Source: Macrostomum lignano (lineage: Eukaryota). From it: a DNA stretch of 64,000 nucleotides. Positions 36,901 to 47,800 of this stretch are shown here, piece after piece (position 1 is the first letter of the stretch; each line of letters starts with the position of its first letter). The stretch covers positions 186,001-250,000 of the forward strand of contig NIVC01000896.1 in assembly GCA_002269645.1 (NCBI GenBank). Direction: 5' to 3'. A program made the position numbers and the translations under genes. Below the pieces are notes generated by a model that did not search any database, had not been told where the DNA came from, and worked only from the letters and a program-made list of their open reading frames with translations.

Positions 36901-37426
36901 ATCGCGCGTGTTGCAGTGGGTTGAGCGACATGATGAAAAACATGAGCAATCGATTCGGTTTTCATCGGCAAAAGTCAATTGAAATGTAAATTTATTAGTT
37001 ACGCTCCTTTAAATTCATTTTTAAAACTCTTAATTTCCATAACTTTTGCTAGAAAACGCTCCTCTGAGTTTCACTCACCAGTGTACATCGACGGAGGGAT
37101 GGTTTTGTCGTAGTTTTCAAACATTTTTGCAATGAATTCTCGCATTGTGTCATTGTTTTTGCCGATTCTGCGGAATTGCACGGTTGACAGATGAAGGTGA
37201 AGTGTCTATGGAGTGTCTGCTCTGCTCTGAGTTCTTAGATAATTAGGCAAAGCAAAGGTGCTCCCGCTCACCTCAGCTGCTGCGTGTCGGCTCCCAGTTC
37301 GCTGATCAAGACACAGGGCGCCAGCAGGCAGGTCCACACAGCGGGCGCCAGCAGCAGCGCCATCAGCTGAGTGAAGCTGCTGCTGCCGAAGTCGGTCGTC
37401 GAGGAGAGCAGCTGGTGGTGCAGCAT
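24314..37426 (-). CDS. Cys-loop ligand-gated chloride channel subunit, glycine-receptor-like, ~559 aa, 9 exons
   Basis: Exons 37426-37272, 37167-37079, 35474-35407, 34302-34079, 32938-32856, 32082-31939, 31064-30835, 26411-26127, 24715-24314, all phase-compatible GT-AG. YDKTIPP, WVPDLYF, Cys loop [15 protein letters not shown], anion-selective PAR-M2 ([20 protein letters not shown]), M4 [10 protein letters not shown]. Confidence 0.92.
24925..25200 (+). mobile_element. tRNA-derived SINE, family A, with CORE-like central domain
   Basis: A box TGGCCTAGAGG, B box GGTTCGATTC, followed by TCCTTGAGCAAGACACTTAACTCT...CTGTAAAATGGG, which resembles the CORE-SINE domain as recalled. Confidence 0.75.
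25535..26005. repeat. 23-bp minisatellite (ATGTGTGCATCAGTGACATCACA), near-perfect, channel intron 8
   Basis: About 20 almost identical copies. Confidence 0.97.
26415..27000. repeat. 15-bp minisatellite (GAGGTTGTTGGATGT/GG) abutting the acceptor of channel exon 8
   Basis: Direct inspection. Degenerate copies run to within a few nt of the acceptor at 26412. Confidence 0.95.
27523..28011. repeat. (ACTGGG)n hexamer array
   Basis: About 80 copies with occasional ACTGAG variants. Confidence 0.97.
28290..28515 (-). mobile_element. tRNA-derived SINE, family B (copy 1)
   Basis: Reverse complement of 32311-32525. Head has TGGAGCTAGTGG and GGCTCGATTCC boxes. Confidence 0.7.
28905..29100. repeat. Degenerate 10-bp repeat (TCTACTCTAA)
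   Basis: Direct inspection. Confidence 0.85.
30185..30780. repeat. 27-bp minisatellite (GACACCTGATTAGTCAGCCACAGCTAA), channel intron 7
   Basis: About 21 copies, beginning ~55 nt after the exon-7 donor. Confidence 0.95.
31250..31920. repeat. 25-bp minisatellite (TTAGTTAGCGCCTCTCTTTGCACTC), channel intron 6
   Basis: About 27 copies filling about three quarters of the 874-nt intron. Confidence 0.97.
32311..32525 (+). mobile_element. tRNA-derived SINE, family B (copy 2)
   Basis: TAGCCTAATG and GGCTCGATTCC boxes. Body matches 28290-28515 in inverted orientation. Confidence 0.7.
33405..34040. repeat. 48/50-bp minisatellite, channel intron 4
   Basis: Unit TAACAGACAAGTGTGACAGATCAAAGACAGATTGTTATGGTTAAC(AG)CTG, about 13 copies. 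Confidence 0.95.
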
Positions 37427-37804
37427 CCGCGTGTCCCTTAGCTGCGGCCCCTCGGGAGACTGGCTTGCAAGTCTTCGGCTAAGGACCCGAGCTGCGGCGC
37501 AGGTAGATCAGTCTCTCTCTCTCTCTCTCCCTACCTGAATTTTGTTATCTTTATAAAATGTAGATTTTACTGACAGATGGCTATTGGTTAAAAACTTGCA
37601 ATAATAAAATCCCCACGAGAGAAAGTTTCTTACTAGCTTTCGAATTTCTATTTTTAAGTCGACATTTTGCCTGTGCTACGATAAGCGATCGTTGACATGC
37701 AATGCAGGCTAGCTATTAGAGCTCGGCTTCTGTTCATGTCGGGCACTCTCCTCCTAGATCCTCTTTCTTGTATTAGCGCTCTCTCTCTCATCACACTCCC
37801 TGTT

Positions 37805-38630
37805 CTTCCTCTCTCCTCTCCCCTCCTCTCCTATCCTCTCCTTTTCTCTCCTCTCCTCTCCTCTCCTCTCCTCTCCCCTCCTCTCCTATCCTCTCCTTTT
37901 CTCTCCTCTCCTCTCCTCTCCTCTCCTCTCCTCTCCTCTCCTCTCCTCTCCTCTCCTCTCCTCTCCTCTCCTCTCCTCTCCTCTCCTCTCTCTTCTCCTC
38001 ACATCTTCTCTATCTCCTCTCTGCTCTCTTCTCCCTCTACTCTCTCCTCTTCTCTTTTCTCCCCTCTCCTCTCCTCTCCTCTCCTCTCCTCTCCTCTCCT
38101 CTCCTCTCCTCTCCTATCCTATCCTATCCTCTCTCTTCTCCTCACCTCTTCTCTATCTCCTCTCTGCTCTCTTCTCCCTCTACTCTCTCCTCTTCTCTTT
38201 TCTCCCCTCTCCTCTCCTCTCCTCTCTCTTCTTCTCTCCTATCCTATCCTATCCTCTCTCTTCTCCTCACCTCTTCTCTATCTCCTCTCTGCTCTGCTCT
38301 CCTCTCCTCTCCTCTCCTCTCCTCTCCTCTCCTCTCCTCTCCTCTCCTCTCCTCTCGTCTCCTCTCCTCTCCTCTCCTCTCCTCTCCTCTCTCTTCTCCT
38401 CACGTCTTCTTTATCTCCTCTCTGCTCTCTCCCTCTACTCTTTCCGCTTCTCTCCTCTCCCTTTCTTGTCTCCTCTCTCCTCTCTCCTCTCCTCTCCTCT
38501 CCTCTCCTCTCCTCTCCTCTCCTCTCCTCTCCTCTCCTCTCCTCTCCTCTCCTCTCATCTTCTCTCCCTGCCTTTTCTCCTCTTTAGTCTCCCTCTCCCG
38601 TCTCCCACTTTCCCACCCTCTCTTCTTCTC
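37805..38630. repeat. (CTCCT)n polypyrimidine tract
   Basis: Direct inspection. Confidence 0.95.
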
Positions 38631-38967
38631 TTCCTGTTTCCAGCAGTGTTAACTTTTGTTAACTTACTACACCCTATCAAAAAGTATATGGTTCTTTATC
38701 GACAGGAATGTGACAGAAAATTACATATGTAAAACTCTCCGAAAAGTTTTCCTTACAGGTTCGCTAAGATCATTTAAGTTTATCGATAAAGTTAAAGCCG
38801 CTAGTGACCATCGGCATCAGTTATTAATGACCAATTAGCTAGCTGTGAGGTTAACGCGTGGGCAGATGTGCGATATGATTGATGGATAAAGCCCGGTTAG
38901 GCTTCTGCTGAGTGAGGGATGTTTGTAAGATCAAGTGGCTTGGTCAGAAACTGAGACAAATATATGT

Positions 38968-40160
38968 GGATGAATGGATGGATGGATGGATGGATGGATG
39001 GATGGATGGATGGATGGATGGATGGATGGATGGATGGATGGATGGATGGATGGATGGATGGATGGATGGATGGATGGATGGATGGATGGATGGGTGGGTG
39101 GATGGATGGATGGATGGATGGATGGATGGATGGATGGATGGATGGATGGATGGATGGATGGATGGATAATGGATGGATGGATAATGGATGGATGGATGGA
39201 TGGATGGATGGATGGGTGGATGGATGGATGGATGGATGGATGGATGGGTGGATGGATGGATGGATGGATAATGGATGGATGGATGGATGGATGGATGGAT
39301 GGATGGGTGGATGGATGGATGGATGGATAAATAGATGTATGGATGGATGGATGGATGGATGGATGGATGGATGGATGGATGGATGGATGGATGGATGAAT
39401 GGATGGATGGATGGATGGATGGATGGATGGATGGATGGATGGATGGATGGATGGATGGATGGATGGATGGATGGATGGATGGATGGATGGATGGATGGAT
39501 GGATGGATGGATGGATGGATGGATGGATGGATGGATGGATGGATGGATGGATGGATGGATGGATGGATGGATGGATGGATGGATGGATGGATGGATGGAT
39601 GGATGGATGGATGGATGGATGGATGGGTGGATGGATGGATGGATGGATAAATAGATGTATGGATGGATGGATGGATGGATGGATGGATAATGGATGGATG
39701 GATGGATGGATGGATGGATGGATGGATGGATGGATGGATGGATGGATGGATGGATGGATGGATGGATGGATGGATGGATGGATGGATGGATGGATGGATG
39801 GATGGATGGATGGATGGATGGATGGATGGATGGATGGATGGATGGATGGATGGATGGATGGATGGATGGATGGATGGATGGATGGATGGATGGATGGATG
39901 GATGGATGGATGGATGGATGGATGGATGGATGGATGGATGGATGGATGGATGGATGGATGGATGGATGGATGGATGGATGGATGGATGGATGGATGGATG
40001 GATGGATGGATGGATGGATGGATGGATGGATGGATGGATGGATGGATGGATGGATGGATGGATGGATGGATGGATGGATGGATGGATGGATGGATGGATG
40101 GATGGATGGATGGATGGATGAATGGATGGATGGATAGATGGGTGGATGAGCGGATGGATA
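38968..40160. repeat. (GGAT)n microsatellite, ~1.2 kb
   Basis: Direct inspection. Confidence 0.98.
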
Positions 40161-40790
40161 AAAAAGTTCAATTTAGCGACTTACCTGTGCGCAGAACAAT
40201 TGAAAACTTACAACGTTTGGAATCCACATCAAATATTTGAATTAACGTTTAATCCCTATGTGTCAGTCCAAGTCTCCCACTTTAAATACCATTTAATACA
40301 GACTGTTATACCAGTCGTCAAACCTTACTGGATTGGTCCGGCCATCTTCCAGAAATATTATTGGATCAAAAAGACCTAGAAAAAACGCTTTTCGTGGACA
40401 AGTACATCTTCTACTTACTAAATACTACTGTTCAGTAGTGAGTAGTATATATGCTTGTATCCTAGAATTAAGTAATTAATCAACTTTTTATGTTCTGCAG
40501 GCCATCATCAGCTTATCTAAAGCAAAGAGACTATATGCGATGCAATTGTAGTTATATAATTGATTATGTCTGACTTTACTAGTTCATATAGGCAAGACTG
40601 TACTGCTAATTAATGACATTTTGTTATTATATAATTAGTTTACTTTTATCCTACTAAGAAGAATTATGAATTAGTAAATAGTACTACTGATACCGTATAT
40701 GAAAGTACTATAAAGGCATTAGGTATGGATGTCAGGTGCAATATTGTGTTTCTGTATCTAGACATCAATAAATTGATGGATCATATGCAG

Positions 40791-42999
40791 TCATCCAGAG
40801 CCGCCAGGTCCAATAGGATAAGTTCCGTGTGAGCTGAGCAAAGCTTCAATTTTTCCGTCCACTGTGCCAGACACGGAGCCGACTCTGTAACCGTTCTTGA
40901 ACAACACGAAGGTTGGCAGAACCTCGACCCCGTGCTGATTGGCCAGGTCCTGCGTGTGGTGGTGCGCGAGTGCAGGTCAAAGGTCAACTTTTGGCCAAAT
41001 GGTCCCTTCTTTCTGTCACTCCTATCATTTTCTTTCTCACCTGTCTCCCTCACCCATGTCTCCCTCACCCATGTCTCCCCCACCCATGTCTCCCTCACCC
41101 ATGTCTCCCCCACCCATGTCTCCCTCACCCATGTCTCCCCGACCCATGTCTCCCCCACCCATGTCTCCCTCACCCATGTCTCCCCGACCCATGTCTCCCT
41201 CACCCATGTCTCCCCCACCCATGTCTCCCTCACCCATGTCTCCCCCACCCATGTCTCCCTCACCCTTGTCTCCCTCACCCATGTCTCCCTCACCCTTGTC
41301 TCCCTCACCCATGTCTCCCTCACCCATGTCTCCCTCACCCATGTCTCCCTCACCCATGTCTCCCTCACCCATGTCTCCCCCACCCATGTCTCCCTCACCC
41401 ATGTCTCCCCGACCCATGTCTCCCTCACCCATGTCTCCCTCACCCATGTCTCCCTCACCCCTGTCTCTCTCACATGCCTCATTAACTCCCTTCCCCTAGC
41501 ACTCTCCATCACCATACCCCTCTCATTATTACTTGTATTCCTTCAGCTCTAGACTTAAATTAACTAATTAGTCTCTAATTTACACAAATCACTATTTCCA
41601 GTAGAACATGAAGCAATTTACTGGTCAAACAACAACATGTTCCTCCAGTTTGTAAAGAAAGACAATACTACAACAGCAAAAAAAATAATAAAAATTTGTT
41701 CTCTAACAAACGATATTAAGAGGCCTAACAAAATTCATGGTTTATTCGTTGACAGTGCACTCTACATCTGCGGTTTCAGCTTCTGTGGTGTCCCCTCCGG
41801 CCCACCAGATCCCCACAGACCCGTGGGAAGCAAGCTGATTACGTCCAATACACAGCACAGCCTCTCAAGTCGTACAACGAAAAAAATCTACTGGAGGGAA
41901 AAAAGTGGAAGCCGCCAAACTCGCCCCTACAGATGAAAAGTGCAGTCAACAACATCCACTTCGATCCTGGATTTCCAATCCCCAGCCCGTTCGAGTTGTC
42001 CTGACGAGAATCTCAAGGGAACGCGCGGCTTTAGCAGCCCTAATGAGAAAGAGAAATATTTAAAGGGAAATGAAAGAAAACTACCAAGGACTTGCTTTTG
42101 ACTTTGGCTCGGGTCAGGTTGGGGACAGAAAAGTCGGCGTCAATATCGTGGAGAGTTGGGACGAGGGTAGCAGGGGCTGTGGGCTTTGTCTTGTTGGAGA
42201 GGATGAGGAAATGAGAACAGATCAGATCTACACTGCAGATTGGAGCAGTCATAAAACTGAGTGAAACCGGAGTAGTGAAGAAAAAAATTATAAATTGAAG
42301 ACAAATAAAAAATTACGGTGGATTTCAAATATGATAGATTGAAAAAAATGTTGAGCGTTGAATGAATCCTTGATATTGACTTTATACCACATTAGACACT
42401 ATTAAAATTATATTTGATTGACACCATTACACTTCATTGCGCTTCATTAGACACCATCAAACTTCGTTGACATTAGAAACCATTACACTTTATTAAACAC
42501 CAATACACTTCATTACCGATCATTACACCTCATTAGACACCAATACACTTCACTAAAAACCATTACACTTCATTAGACACCAATACACTTCACTAAAAAC
42601 CATTACACTTCATTAGACACCATTGCGCTTCATTACACTTCATTAGAAATCATTATAACACATTAGACACGCTTACGTCTTCGCACTTTATTAGACACAC
42701 TTAATGTAACACCCAGACGTAAACCTAACTCTTACCCTAACCCTGTTGCAAATGTTTACACACAATTAAAACCCTGCTCTCACCTTCATTTTATCAACGT
42801 CCAGCTTGACGAACACCACCTGGCAGTACTGCTTGGCCAGTCGCTCCAACTTCGGAGCAAAAGCGCGGCACGGCTGACACCAGGAGGCGCTGAAGCAGGC
42901 CAGCAACGGCCGGCTCTTGGCCTGGGCGAGCGCGGTGTACATCCCGGTCTGGTCCGTGATCTCCTCCACTAGGGGCACAGTGTCTCCTGCTTGACTCAT
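40791..42999 (-). CDS. Thioredoxin with WCQPC active site, 124 aa
   Basis: Exons 42999-42784 and 40949-40791, phase 0. FSASWCQPC, FVKLDVD and cis-Pro loop LPTFVLFKNG. Confidence 0.9.
41040..41470. repeat. 15-bp minisatellite (CCATGTCTCCCTCAC), thioredoxin intron
   Basis: About 28 copies. Confidence 0.95.
42405..42700. repeat. Degenerate 20-bp repeat (CATTAGACACCATTACACTT), thioredoxin intron
   Basis: Direct inspection. Confidence 0.85.
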
Positions 43000-43181
43000 G
43001 CTACTGCACTTTTTTAATTTGTCGTCGATTATTTAAATGCTAAGTTGTTAAGGCACACAATCAACTGATTGATGTTTGAATGCATTTCTGAATGCGTCTT
43101 TTTGTACCAGCTGTGTGTGATTTTGTAGTAGGATATTTACCCTAGATATATTGATGAAAGCCAGTGTGTACTTTTAAAGAC

Positions 43182-43715
<534 letters not shown>

Positions 43716-44874
43716 CAAAACGAACTTCAATAAGCTGTTCGGAGCTCAAAATTCATACGAGTATATTTTGAGTAGCCAGGCAAATACACGTGCTCAGAGC
43801 GAAGCAAATTAAAGTAATGAAGCTTGGAATTGCACTAACAGAATGACACAGAGATTAGCATGACTATATTTGCATCTCACGGCGCTGATTAAAAAATCCT
43901 CGAGAACTTTCTAGAGCAACTGCTTCAGAGAAGTAAAGTAAAATCAGCAGGCTTAAAATCGACAAAATGTTTTTTTTAATTCTTCTAAAGATTAATTGTC
44001 AGGTGATACAGTACAAAAGCAGAAATTTGTTACCAATAGAAGCAATCAGGTGTGGAGGCAAAGGTAGTTATATGCATGTAATTGTAGGGGCTGGATACTG
44101 AGACAACCATTGTCATTGATCAACAGTATAAGTTTACGTTCTACTCGCAATGTCAAACAGCAAAATATCACAATAGTTTATTTAGCCCTACAATGAAAAC
44201 CGATAAGCATAGGAAAATTATAATGCAGAAATGGTTTTAGAAAGAGAAATATTTTTTTATAACTGTATTGTAAGTAAATTTTTGAAATTTCTGTCGACAG
44301 TTCAAATTGATGCAATGAAACAGCTCACACATCAAAAAGAAGTTCGCGCGTGCAAACAGGAGCAAATGTTAGGAAAAACTGTAGCCTATCACAGTGTCTG
44401 ACAAATTAAACAAAGTTAACAGCTAAAATACAATTTTCGACGTACAAGTTAACAAGGAGACAACATTGACAGCCAAATGGTTGCATTCTTTAGGTTGTTA
44501 GGACAACATCACAGTTTAAATTCGTACCATGCAGTTGGATTGATTAAAACAATTAAATACGCTAACTTTGTTTGAATAGGAAATTTTTTTTCCGGCTTGA
44601 TTTTCGATCCTCTTTTGGCGCGAATTTAAATTGTAGCTAACTAAACATTGCGAACTTCAGTATGAATCGATGCTTGTTGCAGTAACCTCGTCAAGGAAAA
44701 AATATTTTGTAGAAAGCGGTTCAGCAGACGGAGCAAAGTAATGTTACAGTAAGCAGTTAATTAGTTACGAGTTTTAAAGAAATATTGGGCCTATTAAAGA
44801 TTTTGTTGCCTTAGCAATAGAATTGGCCAGCCAATGCTCTGCATGGTTAGTTTAGGGAAGCTGTTTAACATCAT

Positions 44875-47800
44875 TTAAACAGGGGTTGTCTTGGCTTTGT
44901 GGCTGCCACCTCCAGTGTAATAACCTGCTGTGCCACCTCTGTAAGGCTGCTGGGGCTGCGAAGTCGAGTTGTGGTGCCTCGGTGGCGTTGGGTAGCCTCC
45001 TGTGCCGATGCTGCTCACCACGGGACCCGGAACATAGCGAGGCTGCACCGGCTGCTGCACCGGCTGCTCATTCTGCTGACTGTGCCCGTGGTGCTGGTGC
45101 TGATGCTGGTGCTGGCCGCCAGAAGCGTCCGAGTTCATCAAGTGCAGCTCGTGCACCGACTGGGGACAGCTGCACGACTCTCCAACGTTACTAGCGGAGA
45201 TCGAGGCTGCAATGGCCGGTGGTGGTGGCGGCGGTGGAGGCGGCGGAACCTGCTGCTGTTGCTGGCGGGACAGCCGTAGTTGGACAAGTTCCTCGGCGGC
45301 ATGTCGTCATCAGTGGCTGTGTCACCGCTGTAGGATCTGGGAGTGTGACCGATCCAGCCACTTGATTGATGATGCTGCTGCTGCTGATGCTGCTGCTGCT
45401 GGTGATGGTATTGCGGATGTGAGACCACCCGGGTAGTTTGCGACATCATTTGAGGCGGCGGTGGCGGAGGCGGCAGCAACGGTACCTGGCGGTTGCAGTT
45501 AAGTTTAAAGATCTGGTTTATCTCGATAGGAGAAACGCGACCAGGGAGAAAGAATATGGTCATGCCGATACAGGAGACACCTGAGCATCGCATGGTTTAA
45601 AATGGCCCTGACTCTCGCGTACACACTCATGAGTCAATAGTCATGACAGACGGGTGATTGCCAGGCTTACCACCAAGCCTTTTCCCTCTCACCTGCCGAT
45701 GGTGCTGCTGCATGGAGCCGAGCTGATCTGCTGAGTCAGAGATCTGCACGGTGATGCCGCTCTCATCAGCCACCATTCGCCGGTCACCCAGCCGGACCTT
45801 CTTGTTCACGTAGTGCTTGGATCGGGCGATGTACAGGTAAACAGCGAAAACTCCGGCAAATTCGGTGAACACAAAGCCAACTACGCACAAGTAGAATGAT
45901 GAGCCGTATTTGTAGACGTATTTTTGGTCGCCCGATATGTTAGCTGACGACGAGTCGAAGGCTTGGCTAACGTTGCCCACGTAGAGGACTATGCCGATGA
46001 GAAGGCAGAGGCCTGAAAGGTCGCGGATTTGTAGCAGAAATGACACTTGAGATTTGGGGTATTTTCGACCGTAATCAGGATATCGCGGTCAAAATAAGCA
46101 TATTTCCAGCAACGAATTTTAATATCAAGGTGCCCATCATGCATGGAAGTTAGATGGAACTGAGAATATTTACAAGAGAGCTGAGGGCTCCCTAGCATCG
46201 TCACCTCCCGGCAAAAATCCGCAGTGAGGAATGCTCATTCTGCCTCTACGGTGTCGAGAATGCGGAGCACACTATCTGTGAATGCACCGCCTTTACTCAG
46301 GACAGGCTCACCTACCTCGGCCCAAACCCGGACCTCTCCGACGTTTTCAGGCCGAGAATCTCTGCCAGCTCGTCCGCTACCTAAGGGACCGGGCGAGCGA
46401 CAATCCACCTCCTGGACTCTCCGGAGGGGGACCGCGCTGCGGACACCGGCACTACCGGATCTCCCTGCGCGACACCGCAGCACTAGCTGCCCGTGGTCGC
46501 CAGGGGTTAGCGAAATGGGCGGCAACGCCTCCTCGCTGTTTCCGGACGCACGGAGCCCCCTGAAGCTAAGTCGAGTAAGAGGGCTCCCTAGCGCAATGCC
46601 TTCTTTTGCGACGTCGTCCCACAACCAGAGCTGCCCTGTTCCACTGACTCCTGAGCACACACAATCGCTCCAATACTGTCTGCAGGCTTACACAGGCTGT
46701 ATAGTAGCTCTTACTTTCTAATCATCAGACAGGTAAACTCTCTGTGCTTCGGGGGGGTCCTCATAGCTGCGAGACACCCACCTGCCTAATTTCGTGCACA
46801 AGCCCCAAATTAATGTGGGGATCCAAAGGGAATCCAACTAGAGATGTCGTGGCGCTGTCAATGTAACGACATTTGAAATCTCTCGATGCCTATTTGAAAA
46901 AAGTGTCATAAAGCCTGCATTGAGCTGTCAAAAGTTGCTCAAGCAAAATTTTTATAGTTTAAAGGTACACGAGCATCGATATCTCACCAGAGAAGACGAA
47001 CAATGCACCACTGATGAATATCATAATTGTAGTCTTCGGATCGCAGAAGCTGAAGAATGTGATGACGCAACCAATGAGCAGGAACAACAGGCCACCCATA
47101 GGAAACAGACTGGCCACTTGCATGTCGTCTGAAACATCAGAGGAATAAACAACTCAAAGTTACAAAGTTGCGAGACTGTAGCACAATTTAGCACCAAAGG
47201 GCTTAAGCACCAAGGGGCTTTAGCCAACTGTAGTTTCTGTTTAAAAGCATCGAACGAAGAGTGTTATTAACAAGACATCGATCGCAGATCTTACTCAAGC
47301 AATCCTTGATCCTATAGGCTTCCTGTGGCCTCAAATTTCTACTAAGAAAGACAAAGAGGCGGCTACTATACCGATGGAAAACCAGTTCGCACTCGAGATG
47401 CACCTAGGCCACCCACACCACATGCATTTTGTCTGAAAGACGAAGAAAAAATATCGGAACCGAAAGACGACCCGCTGCAAGTCCTCCTTGCTTCATCACT
47501 AATTCAGAGGCAGCTTCCATCCGGCTTCTCCTCCTGCTGAGCTCGGAGCCAAAGCCGTCGGGCTCCTTCCGCACGTGCATTAAATCGGAATAGTTCTCCC
47601 AGTATGACATATTTATGCCAAGCGCGCAGTTGGGAACTGTTTTTTCTCCAAAGAAGGTCCGGTGAGAAGACTCAGCACTCTCTTCCATCCGCGTCTCTCT
47701 CTACTGCCCTGTCTCGCCTCGGAGAGCCATAAATCCGGAGGGAGATGCAGGAATAGATGGTACCAAATAGTCCCGAGACTGCATATCTGTGCAGAAGTGC

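Noticed and set aside
37697-38732. Leu/Ser/Pro-rich 296-aa ORF
   Set aside because: Translation of (CTCCT)n.
38897-40240. Long ORFs (HPSI)n and (MDGW)n
   Set aside because: Translation of the (GGAT)n microsatellite, which lacks stops in these frames; no coding evidence.
40781-41552. Several repeat ORFs (VRETW, HPCLP, SPSPM, GEGDM)
   Set aside because: 15-bp array in the thioredoxin intron.
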